Assembly (NCBI GenBank): GCA_965221905.1
Contig: OZ244922.1
Span: 1,600,001 to 1,664,000, forward strand
DNA from: Chloroflexota bacterium
Lineage (GTDB): Bacteria > Chloroflexota > UBA11872 > VXOZ01
Length of the DNA stretch: 64,000 nucleotides
Direction of reading: 5' to 3'
Below, piece by piece: positions 21,225-29,176 of the stretch (its first letter is position 1; each line of letters opens with the position of its first letter). Both the position numbers and the translations under genes were made by a program. The notes beneath the pieces are model-generated. The model was not told the origin of the DNA, did not search any database, and worked only from the letters and a program-made list of their open reading frames with translations.

Positions 21225-22016
21225 CTAGGGCTTGACCAACGGGCGCCGCGCAGGTTTGCCGTCCCTACGGGGATACTTTTCCGGTGTGCTTGCGGTCTTC
21301 CGCACAGTTACTACGCAGTGCTGCGCGGGTAATTCGGGCAGATTGAAGGGCATGACGTGCGGTTCGGACCCGCCGAGTGCATGGATTGCGTAGTTCGCTT
21401 CTTGCAGTTCGGCGTCCATCGGCAGTGACTTGTACGCCACCAGCGTCCCGCCAAGTGCACAAAAGGGCAGCGCAAGCTCCGACAAGGTCGCGAGACCGCC
21501 GACACCCCGCGCTGTAACCACGTCATACTGCTCCCGGTGCGCCGCCACGTGTGCTTGGTCTTCTGCGCGGCCCCAGAGCGCTGCGACGTTTTCAAGGGCA
21601 AGCGTTTGCACGGCACGCTGCAAGAATTCCACCTTCTTGCGCGTTGCTTCGAGCAGTGTGACTGATAGGTGTGGGAAGGTGATCGCTAGCGGTATCCCCG
21701 GAATGCCGCCGCCAGTGCCGACGTCCAAGAGCCGGAGCGAAGACTTTCCACTTGGAGGCGAGCCCAGATCCGGCACTGCCAACACAGTGGCAATGGACTC
21801 AAGGAGCAAGAGCCGCTCCGCCTGCGCCGGATCGCGAATTCCGGTAAGATTTACTCGTCCGGTCCGATCCAGAAGCAGCCCCAGATACGCCTGCAATCCA
21901 CGTATTTGCGCCAGATTGAGGCTGATGTTCAGGGCTGCGCAGCGGGCGCGGAGCGCGGACAAGTAATGTGTGGAATTATCCGGTAGAGGTGTCGATGGGA
22001 ATTCTGTGGTCACCAT
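21225..22016 (-). CDS. rsmG: 16S rRNA (G527-N7) methyltransferase (start uncertain: ATG 22016 or TTG 21962)
   Basis: NLTGI, DVGTGGGIPGIPLAI, GRAED, YDVVTARG, KYPRR.G.P...PL. Confidence 0.93.
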   Translation of the reverse strand: MVTTEFPSTPLPDNSTHYLSALRARCAALNISLNLAQIRGLQAYLGLLLDRTGRVNLTGIRDPAQAERLLLLESIATVLAVPDLGSPPSGKSSLRLLDVGTGGGIPGIPLAITFPHLSVTLLEATRKKVEFLQRAVQTLALENVAALWGRAEDQAHVAAHREQYDVVTARGVGGLATLSELALPFCALGGTLVAYKSLPMDAELQEANYAIHALGGSEPHVMPFNLPELPAQHCVVTVRKTASTPEKYPRRDGKPARRPLVKP

Positions 22017-22495
22017 GGCGTAAGGAGTATCTGGAGCAAGAGAAGCATCCTAATGACGCGTGCGTGTTTTGTCAGGCAATCCAGGGAACTGACGACAAAG
22101 CCAATCTCGTGCTGCACCGCAATGAGGCGTGCTTCATCATCTTCAATCGTTATCCCTATAATAACGGACATCTCCTCGTGGTGCCCTATCGGCACGTCGG
22201 CGATCTGGAAGGCCTAACGGCAGACGAGAGCGCAAACGTCATGCACGTCGTTCGCTACGGTGTGCGGCTTCTGCGGAGCGCCTTCCAGCCCAATGCGGTC
22301 AATATCGGCATGAACCTCGGCGCTGCAGCCGGCGCCGGCATTCTCGACCACGTCCACATGCACATCGTGCCCCGCTGGGAGGGCGATACGAGCTATATGA
22401 CGGTATTCTCTGGAACGCGAGTAATTTCCGAGGCACTGGAAAAAACTTTCGATCGGCTCACGGCCACGATGGCTGAGATGCCGTTCGGGGCGTAA
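21995..22495 (+). CDS. HIT domain protein (Ap4A phosphorylase/hydrolase-like)
   Basis: LWSPWR, CVFC, YPYNNGH, GAAAGAGI, HVHMH histidine triad; RBS agaggt. Confidence 0.92.
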   Translation: MGILWSPWRKEYLEQEKHPNDACVFCQAIQGTDDKANLVLHRNEACFIIFNRYPYNNGHLLVVPYRHVGDLEGLTADESANVMHVVRYGVRLLRSAFQPNAVNIGMNLGAAAGAGILDHVHMHIVPRWEGDTSYMTVFSGTRVISEALEKTFDRLTATMAEMPFGA

Positions 22496-22533
22496 GGGTG
22501 CTGTGAGCGTCACCGACTATGCGTTTGGCGACA

Positions 22534-22586
22534 GCCGTTCATATTTCGACGGCCGTTCGTGCTGAGCCTGTCGAAGTATGAACGGC
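22534..22586. repeat. REP (ccgttcgtgctgagcctgtcgaag family)
   Basis: gccgttcgtgctgagcctgtcgaagtatgaacggc; related copies at 7146, 35809, 41495, 43551, 43641, 54285. Confidence 0.75.
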
Positions 22587-22748
22587 TGTGGTTGCGTCCC
22601 CACAAAAAAGAGACCGCATACACTCCTTCATCCTGCCTGTGTGGGAAGCCATCCTCCGCGCCGCGTGCGCTCCTTCCCAAGCGAGAGGCAAATCCCGTCC
22701 TTGTTGCATTGAGTAGGAGGCCAATTACAAGGCTTGCCCCAACACCAA

Positions 22749-22776
22749 GTGGGCGCAGGCTGCAAACCTGCGCCCC
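22749..22776. repeat. REP (gcgcaggtttcaaacctgcgc family)
   Basis: gtgggcgcaggctgcaaacctgcgcccc; related copies at 31528, 44351, 54661 and the 58260 array. Confidence 0.75.
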
Positions 22777-22798
22777 GAAGTGACGGCGCTCGACTTGC

Positions 22799-24382
22799 CT
22801 AGAAATGAGGCGATGCCGTCGCTATGTGGTCGAGCCGGCAGACGGCGGCGCCGTCGGTCTTCAGGCCGCAGGTATGAAACCAGCCAACGCTGATGGCAGT
22901 AAAGGCCAATGACTTGTCGTCCCTGATCGCTCCAGTATTCTCTTCAGGCGGCGTGGGTGTAGGCGCGGGTAGGGCCACCGTCAGAGTATAAGAACCTGTG
23001 CTGTAGCCCTCCACCGCAACGTAGTATTTGCCTGAGCGCGGCGCTTCCCAGATGATGCGCGAGGCCAGCGAATCACCGTGGTCGTCGTTGTACGCCAGTT
23101 CCTGCTCGTCGGCGTCATACAGCTCAACCACCGAGTCGGAGAGCGTTCCCAGCGCCACGTCTATCTGGTAGAACACGCCCTCCTCTGCCTGGAATACAAA
23201 GAAATCTTTGTCGTCCGCGTAATCCAGCGCGCCTTGCACGGCCTCCTCGACTGAGTCTTCCTCATCCCCTGCGCTGAACAGGTCCGGAACGCAGTTCAAC
23301 AGCCCGACGCCAAACTCCACGTTCGCGGCGGAGTCGTCGGGAGAGGCAATCAGGGCAGTTAGGTCGATATCGGCTACCAGTTCCCGCAAGCAGTCCCTCT
23401 CCTCCTCGCTCAAGTCTTCTATGCTCGCCCCCGTTTCCGCAATGAAGATGGAGATGAACAGATCCGGGACGCAATCCACCAGGTCCGGCGCCAGCGCCGC
23501 AAACCCGGCGAGGTCGTCTGCGGCGGTAAGCAGGGTGGAAATGTCGATAGCGGCGAACGACTCCCGCAGGCAGGACGCTTCTTCCTCGCTCAGCTCCACC
23601 TCTTCACCCAGCGCGCTGGACAGGAGTAGGGCCGAAACGCAAGAAATCATGCCGACGGCGAAGTTCGCATTCGCCTTGAAGTCTTCATCGGCGAAAGTCA
23701 AGGCGCCCCAGTCGACATTGGCCATCAACCCGCGCAAGCAGGCCACTTCGTCCTCGCTCAACTCTTCCCTCTCCAACCCCATCTCCGGGATTATGAACGT
23801 GAGGAGCAGGTCCGGCAGGCAGCGGAAGATTTCCGTAAAGGACTCCGCAGCCGCCGTGTGGTCGTCTGCGTCTTGAGCTATGGCGGCAATCACGACCGCC
23901 GCGTCGGTAGCGGCCACTGACTTCCGCATGCAAGACACTTCGTCCTCGCTCAGCTCCACGTCCTCTTGCATCTCGGTGATCAGAATGGAGAGGTAGACGG
24001 CGCGGGCAGTCTCCGGCGCGAGACATGTAAATATGGACACCTCCCACTGCCCCGGGGTGTACTCGCTCACGACAGGCCGGCCCAGCGCCGACTCCAGCTC
24101 GTCACCCAGCGCGTTGCGCACACAGGACTGCTCAGAGACGGTGAGCGTGTCGAATACGTCCTGCCAAACAGTATCGCTATCGATGCTGACATCAAGCTCG
24201 GCAATAGCGGCGGCGGACTGCTCCGGCGTTGGACTCGCGGGGATGAGAGTCGGCGTCGGCGTGTTCGTAGCTACGGGTGTAGCAGTGAGCGCCGGACTCT
24301 CACCACAGGCGTTTAGAACCACAATGAGGAGCAGGACTCCCAAGACCGCCAACCAACGGGTGTGAGAAGTGGATGCGCTCAC
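22799..24382 (-). CDS. Secreted lipoprotein: five Cys-containing helical repeats + PPC-like beta domain + single truncated RCC1-like repeat
   Basis: LNAC lipobox, P/T linker, (E/D)LSEDE.xCLR repeats, DFFVF...LAYNDD...GKYYVAV...GSYTLTV (PPC), ISVGWFHTCGLKTDGAAVC (RCC1); GTG start after aaaggag. Confidence 0.8.
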   Translation of the reverse strand: MSASTSHTRWLAVLGVLLLIVVLNACGESPALTATPVATNTPTPTLIPASPTPEQSAAAIAELDVSIDSDTVWQDVFDTLTVSEQSCVRNALGDELESALGRPVVSEYTPGQWEVSIFTCLAPETARAVYLSILITEMQEDVELSEDEVSCMRKSVAATDAAVVIAAIAQDADDHTAAAESFTEIFRCLPDLLLTFIIPEMGLEREELSEDEVACLRGLMANVDWGALTFADEDFKANANFAVGMISCVSALLLSSALGEEVELSEEEASCLRESFAAIDISTLLTAADDLAGFAALAPDLVDCVPDLFISIFIAETGASIEDLSEEERDCLRELVADIDLTALIASPDDSAANVEFGVGLLNCVPDLFSAGDEEDSVEEAVQGALDYADDKDFFVFQAEEGVFYQIDVALGTLSDSVVELYDADEQELAYNDDHGDSLASRIIWEAPRSGKYYVAVEGYSTGSYTLTVALPAPTPTPPEENTGAIRDDKSLAFTAISVGWFHTCGLKTDGAAVCRLDHIATASPHF

Positions 24383-24663
24383 TTCGGCAATCTCCTTTTA
24401 TATGCGGCGGGAATGCCCGCTCCCGGCCCGTACCGCCATTGAGCCGGGAGCATGGCGGCCCGCCCCAGGCGGCAGGGGAGCGTGTTCCGGGCGGGCGCTG
24501 CCTGCTTCTGCCGGGCATCCTATCCGACGCTGAATTCGATAGGAATTCCACAGACCTGAGCGATAACCAGAATGGCTATCACGATTGCCCCGACTATGAT
24601 CCAGTTAAGTAGACGCTTCCTAAGAAATTCTGCCGCATAACTTTTAGCACTAGCTAATACACC

Positions 24664-24693
24664 ATCTTATAAGGAGATTCAAGGGTATGTCAA
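24664..24693 (-). promoter_or_regulatory. Candidate promoter for the repeat lipoprotein
   Basis: Minus strand TTGACA (24693-24688), 18 nt spacer, TAAGAT (24669-24664), in an AT-rich patch. Confidence 0.45.
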
Positions 24694-24710
24694 GACAAGA
24701 TTGAGCGCAA

Positions 24711-24932
24711 TTAGTAGTTCGGGGCTTGAGGTATGTGACACGTGAGAGGTTTCGCGAACCTATGCACAAACCGGCTCCATAATCGGTCATTCTGAGGAGC
24801 GCAGCGACGAAGAATCTAGAATCTCGGTGCAGAACGATAAAGGTTCTGCAATGGACACGCTCTAGATTCCTCGCTGCGCTCGGAATGACACGAAACCCAG
24901 CCCAACAAAGAAGACAAGCCTTAATCTACTAA
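24711..24932. mobile_element. Second copy of TTAGTAG-TIR composite element with internal inverted REP pair
   Basis: ttagtagttcggggcttg ... caagccttaatctactaa; internal gtcattctgaggagcgcagcgacgaagaatct ... agattcctcgctgcgctcggaatgaca. Confidence 0.7.
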
Positions 24933-24969
24933 TTCCGGGATTGAGAGGGGGGGGAGACTTCAGGACTGT

Positions 24970-25126
24970 GGGTCCGGTTGAAGGATTGGGGCTTGGCAGT
25001 TCAAAGGCACCCGGGACCCTCTCAGTGCTAATCCGTCTGCCGATGCTCCTACTGGCAGCTAACCTGGGGTTCACGCCCCTTGTACCGTCTGCCAAGAGCC
25101 GTACGGGCTACAGAGAATAGGACCGG
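24970..25126 (-). ncRNA. ssrS: Probable 6S RNA
   Basis: Minus strand folds as a long irregular hairpin: ggtcc/ggacc, ggctcttggcag/ctgccaagcc, caagggg/cctttg, large central bubble, apical ctgcc/ggcag; motifs gcactgag and ttgaactgccaagccccaatcctt recall cyanobacterial-type 6S (from memory); a G-U pair favours the minus strand. Confidence 0.65.
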
Positions 25127-25351
25127 GGTGGTGTACAAGAGGCGGACTGTAGTGGAGCGCCCGTTCCGCCGGTTTTGAAAGGCTATCGCCGCCTCTTCAC
25201 GAGCGATGAGAAGCCGGATGTGCTCTACTGGGGGTGTATCCTCTTCGCGCTCATCGTGGAGGCGTTGCGTTAGTGTGAACATGCCCTAGTCATATTCGAT
25301 ACCGTGAACGCGCTCTAGATAGTCAACACGGCCTCGCTCCAACATCCTAGT

Positions 25352-25786
25352 CTAGCGCTTCTTGCTCCGGGGCGGGCGTCTGCGCTTATTGCCTCCGCCC
25401 CTCTTCTTACGGTCATCTGCCGATTCGTATATTCTGCGGGGCAGTTCACGGAAGAGGTACCAAAACGTCCTAACCAGGATGTATATCTGCAGAAAGGCGA
25501 TTAGGACGAGGACGAAGCGGTAAGAGAGAATGCCCCATCCTGCTTGGCGTAAGAACACGGCGAACAAGCCAAGGGCGTTGACGACCATGCTCGTAAGCAA
25601 TACCACCCGCACAGCTAAACGCCGCAGTGGGCTGCTGCCGAAGAGCATGCCGCTGATCATGTAGTAGACAAATGATATGCCGAGGCCGGAGCCAAAGCCA
25701 ATTGTCAGCAGGGGAGCAAGCTGGCGATAGAACGTCCCCGTCGGCCCGGGGGCCGCAAACAGGTATTCAAAGAGGTTGGGAGGCAC
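25352..25786 (-). CDS. Hypothetical membrane protein (3 TM, basic C-terminal tail)
   Basis: GTG start overlaps lepB stop; hydrophobic segments; KKRGGGNKRRRPPRSKKR tail. Confidence 0.7.
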   Translation of the reverse strand: MPPNLFEYLFAAPGPTGTFYRQLAPLLTIGFGSGLGISFVYYMISGMLFGSSPLRRLAVRVVLLTSMVVNALGLFAVFLRQAGWGILSYRFVLVLIAFLQIYILVRTFWYLFRELPRRIYESADDRKKRGGGNKRRRPPRSKKR

Positions 25787-26430
25787 TAGGCCGCAACCTT
25801 ATCGAAGACTGCGACTCTCTCGAAGTCGCTGACCTTGTCAAAGTCACCCGCCTCTTTACGGCCGCCGGGATCCGGCACCGGGAGCTCAAAATGCTCGATG
25901 ATGCCAAAATCAGGCGGCGGCCAGTACGCCAGCCATACCTTGCCCACAATGTACTTGCGCGGCAAGAAGCCCCACTCGCGAGAATCCCGGCTGCCGCGAC
26001 GATTGTCGCCCATGACAAAGTATGATTCGGCTGGAACAGTGCGTACAGAGAGTTCGTCTCGGTTGGCAAATCCTGCTAACTGAGCGCCTCTATCGATGTA
26101 AGGCTCGATGATCTTCTCACCATTTACATAAACATTGCCTTGGCGAATCTCAATGGAGTCGCCGGGTAGGGCAATGATGCGCTTTACAAACTGCTCCGAC
26201 GGGTCTTCCGGATAGTTGAAGACGATGATATCACCATGTCGCGGTTCTGAGCGCGTGTACGCCAGCTTGTTCACCAAGACAAACTCGCTGTTATGCAGGG
26301 TGCCATACATACTGCTCCCTTCAACGCGGTAGTTTTGGACCGCAAGACGGGTACCAAAGAAGATGAGGGCGGTGAGCAGGAGTGTTTGCAGGACTTCCTT
26401 AGCGAACGATTTCGTGGCGGTCTCCTCCAA
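25786..26430 (-). CDS. lepB: Signal peptidase I
   Basis: VEGSSM (Ser), FVKRIIALPGD (Lys), MGDNRRGSRDSR. Confidence 0.95.
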   Translation of the reverse strand: MEETATKSFAKEVLQTLLLTALIFFGTRLAVQNYRVEGSSMYGTLHNSEFVLVNKLAYTRSEPRHGDIIVFNYPEDPSEQFVKRIIALPGDSIEIRQGNVYVNGEKIIEPYIDRGAQLAGFANRDELSVRTVPAESYFVMGDNRRGSRDSREWGFLPRKYIVGKVWLAYWPPPDFGIIEHFELPVPDPGGRKEAGDFDKVSDFERVAVFDKVAA

Positions 26431-26586
26431 CGCAAAGGGGCTACGTTTTATTTATAGCATATAACCGGTAACTGGTTGCCATGCATCGTGCCTGGTCCGG
26501 ACACTTGTGGTCTAATGGATTCCCGGCAGGCAACATCTAATTCTTTTCCAAATCAGCGAAGAATTGCGGGCGTTGCCGCGCCTAAG

Positions 26587-27375
26587 CTACTTCCTGAGTC
26601 CGGTGAATCCAAGGCCTCTTTCCTGCAGTGAGACCGCGCTGTTGCGACCCACAATAAAGTGATCGACGAGTTCAATGTCCAGATTCTTCCCAGCCTGTGC
26701 CAGTCGGGCCGTCATGGCTACATCGTCGGCAGAGGGAGTGGGATCGCCGCTCGGATGGTTATGTGCGACTATTACCGCCGCACAGTTGGCGCGCACGGCT
26801 TCCCGAAAGACCTCTGCGGGACGCACTGCCGTCTGGTTTAGCGTGCCCCGATACAAGGGTACCTTGCTGACGACCCGATGCTTGGTATCGAGCAGGACGA
26901 CTAGGAATTTCTCCTGTTCCTCGTCGACAAAGTCGGGCAGCAGGTAGTTCATGGCATCGGCAACGGAGCGAATGATCGGTCGTTCCGGTTGTGTGCTCGC
27001 CGCGGCGCGACGACCAAGTTCCAAGGCCGCTTTCAGTTGTGCGACCTTGGCCTCGCCAAGGCCGGGATACTGGGTCAACTGGCGGAAGTTTGCCTGGGCC
27101 AAGCCGCCGGCCCCGCCATGCTTGTCGAGCAATCCTTGCGCGAGGGCCACGACGGAACTCTCCCGCGTGCCGGTGCGCAGAATGATCGCGACAAGCTCGG
27201 CGGTCGAAAGGTGAGCCGGGCCGAGGTCGCGCAGTCGTTCTCGCGGTCTCTCCGCTGCCGGCCATTCGCGGACCGAGAGCCGAGATGCTTCCGAGGCATC
27301 GGGGACGTTCGTTGGCAGGCTTGCTGCGGGTTGGTTGGTGTCAGGAGGCACGGGTTTACTCGGGTCAATTAGCAC
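26587..27375 (-). CDS. radC: RadC family JAB-domain protein
   Basis: ERPRERL, LS.AEL.AIILRTG, HhH GLGEAK, HNHPSGDPTPSADD, DHFIVG. Confidence 0.93.
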   Translation of the reverse strand: MLIDPSKPVPPDTNQPAASLPTNVPDASEASRLSVREWPAAERPRERLRDLGPAHLSTAELVAIILRTGTRESSVVALAQGLLDKHGGAGGLAQANFRQLTQYPGLGEAKVAQLKAALELGRRAAASTQPERPIIRSVADAMNYLLPDFVDEEQEKFLVVLLDTKHRVVSKVPLYRGTLNQTAVRPAEVFREAVRANCAAVIVAHNHPSGDPTPSADDVAMTARLAQAGKNLDIELVDHFIVGRNSAVSLQERGLGFTGLRK

Positions 27376-27447
27376 TTGGCAGATTAGAGCTGTGCAATGG
27401 TTGGAGACGGCATCGGTCGAGAGCTACTCAGGAAGAATCAGCGGGCT

Positions 27448-27876
27448 TTAGTGAACAGGTGTGCCACAGTAGGCGCAGACGATCCAATGCAAGTCCGCAA
27501 GGTTCCTGCAGCCGGTGCAGAGCTTTCTAAGCTCGAGCTGGCACATCGGGCAGACCTTGTAATCGCTCTCTATGCGGTGCCGGCAATTGGGGCACCTCGA
27601 CCAGGACTCGCTCTCGGCCAGATAGCTTTCCTCCTCGAGCGCCAGCACGTTCGCCTCTGACAGAGTCTCTTTGGGACGAAGGAACAAGTAGAGGATGAGA
27701 CCGAACACGTTGAAGGCAAGCACAAGCAAGACCGAAAAGAGTTGCACCAGAATGTCGTTAGTACGTGTGCGAATGTCATAGAATGCCCAGATTGCGAGGG
27801 CAACCCACAGCGCGAGGAAATAGGCAATGAGAAATGCCAGGACGTAATTCAGAATGGTGGCAATGGTCTCCATCAA
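27448..27876 (-). CDS. Membrane protein with double zinc ribbon (DZR)
   Basis: Two TM (W.F.DI..R, LYLFLRP) then CPNC...CPMC...CTGC...CAYC. Confidence 0.85.
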   Translation of the reverse strand: MMETIATILNYVLAFLIAYFLALWVALAIWAFYDIRTRTNDILVQLFSVLLVLAFNVFGLILYLFLRPKETLSEANVLALEEESYLAESESWSRCPNCRHRIESDYKVCPMCQLELRKLCTGCRNLADLHWIVCAYCGTPVH

Positions 27877-28114
27877 GGCTCCCTGTAGCGGACGAACATA
27901 GGCAGGTACCTACGTATTGTACCAGCCATTTGTAACCGACACTAGGAGCGCTCGCGGCCTGAACCGCAGGCGATGGAGCAACATGCCCATCCGGCATGAC
28001 GGCTCTTGCGAACGTAGGCCCAAGGGCGTGGAGGAGAGCTTTTGGAAAAGGCTACAGTTACGGCCAGGCTAGCCGCTGCGGACAAGATTCCGATCAAGTG
28101 CGGCTAGGAGCCCG

Positions 28115-28951
28115 TCAAAACGAGTAGCTGATAACGCGGTACGACTCGCTGCCCGCAGGTGTTTCCACTGCGACAGTGTCACCGGTGCGTTTGGTGAGGA
28201 GACTTGCGCCGACGGGAGAAAGGTAGGATATCCTGCCTTCAAGGGGATCGACTTCCGATGGCCCAACGAGCTGATATGCGATCGTTTCGCTGCCGTCGGT
28301 TAACTCCAACTCGACGCGCATGCCGATCTTGATCCCACCATCCTTAGCGGCCGCAGTGCCGTTGTCAGATGACTGAGCTTCGTCTTCAGTAATTGTGCTT
28401 GTCCGGAGCGTTTGCTCCAACTCTCGGATGCGGCCCTCCAGCATGCCCTGCTGATATTTGGCCTCGTCGTAGGCCGCGTTCTCACGCAAATCCCCGTCCT
28501 TGATGGCCTCATGCAGCATCCGGCTGATACGCTCGCGCCCTTCGGTTTTGTGGTTCTCCAATTCGACGCCCAATTCATCGTAGCGCTTGCGGCTGATGAA
28601 GGTGCCTCCGGCTTGAGCTGCCGCGGCACGAGGATCGCTCTTTGCACTGCGCTTGGTAATTCGCAAGCCGGTGGCGGGATTGTTCTCTACCCAGCCGGCC
28701 TTCAGAGCGTGAGCAAAAAACGTGCGCAATGCGCTAGCACAGGGTTTTGGATCGCCGGCGGACGACGTAACTTGGTCGAGGTAGGCCTGAATTTGATGGG
28801 GGTAGATTGATGTGATACGAGAATCGGGCCCGCACCAACTGACAAATCTGCGCAGATGCTGGGCCTCTTCGCCATTCAGATTTGCTACGCCCACTGACTG
28901 CAAATACAGCGTGAATATTGGGCCTAACTGATTGGATTCCTGTGCGCTCAT
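28115..28951 (-). CDS. greA: Transcription elongation factor GreA with N-terminal integrase SAM-like (core-binding) domain
   Basis: C-terminal GreA: GDLRENAAYDEAK, GRIRELE, ISYLSPVGASLL; N-terminal ~98 aa end in SALRTFFAHALKAGWVENNPA, as in XerC/XerD core-binding domains. Confidence 0.9.
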   Translation of the reverse strand: MSAQESNQLGPIFTLYLQSVGVANLNGEEAQHLRRFVSWCGPDSRITSIYPHQIQAYLDQVTSSAGDPKPCASALRTFFAHALKAGWVENNPATGLRITKRSAKSDPRAAAAQAGGTFISRKRYDELGVELENHKTEGRERISRMLHEAIKDGDLRENAAYDEAKYQQGMLEGRIRELEQTLRTSTITEDEAQSSDNGTAAAKDGGIKIGMRVELELTDGSETIAYQLVGPSEVDPLEGRISYLSPVGASLLTKRTGDTVAVETPAGSESYRVISYSF

Positions 28952-29007
28952 GGTTTCTCCAAACGTTTCTTTACTGGTTGGTTACACGAGCCACCAGGCC
29001 TAAGAGG

Positions 29008-29092
29008 TGCCGAAGGAGGGACTCGAACCCTCACGAGCGCAAGGCCCACTACGCCCTGAACGTAGCGCGTCTTCCAATTCCGCCACTTCGGC
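29008..29092 (-). tRNA. tRNA-Leu(CAG), CCA not fully encoded
   Basis: gccgaagtggcggaattggaagacgcgctacgttCAGggcgtagtgggccttgcgctcgtgagggttcgagtccctccttcggca; long variable arm. Confidence 0.97.
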
Positions 29093-29176
29093 GTTGCCGA
29101 TCCTCAGCACGATTCTATCACGGGCTGTGGGGGCGGGCAACCGGCGAGCGACAGCCGCTAGCGCATTGTGGCGCCC

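Noticed and set aside
24524-24565. cgctgaat...gagcg resembling c-di-AMP (ydaO) riboswitch ends
   Set aside because: Wrong strand for the downstream gene, too short, internal conserved motifs absent
26587-29092. Integrated prophage or ICE at tRNA-Leu (integrase-like domain plus radC)
   Set aside because: No catalytic integrase domain, no duplicated tRNA 3' end noticed, radC is the full-length chromosomal type and the neighbours are housekeeping genes
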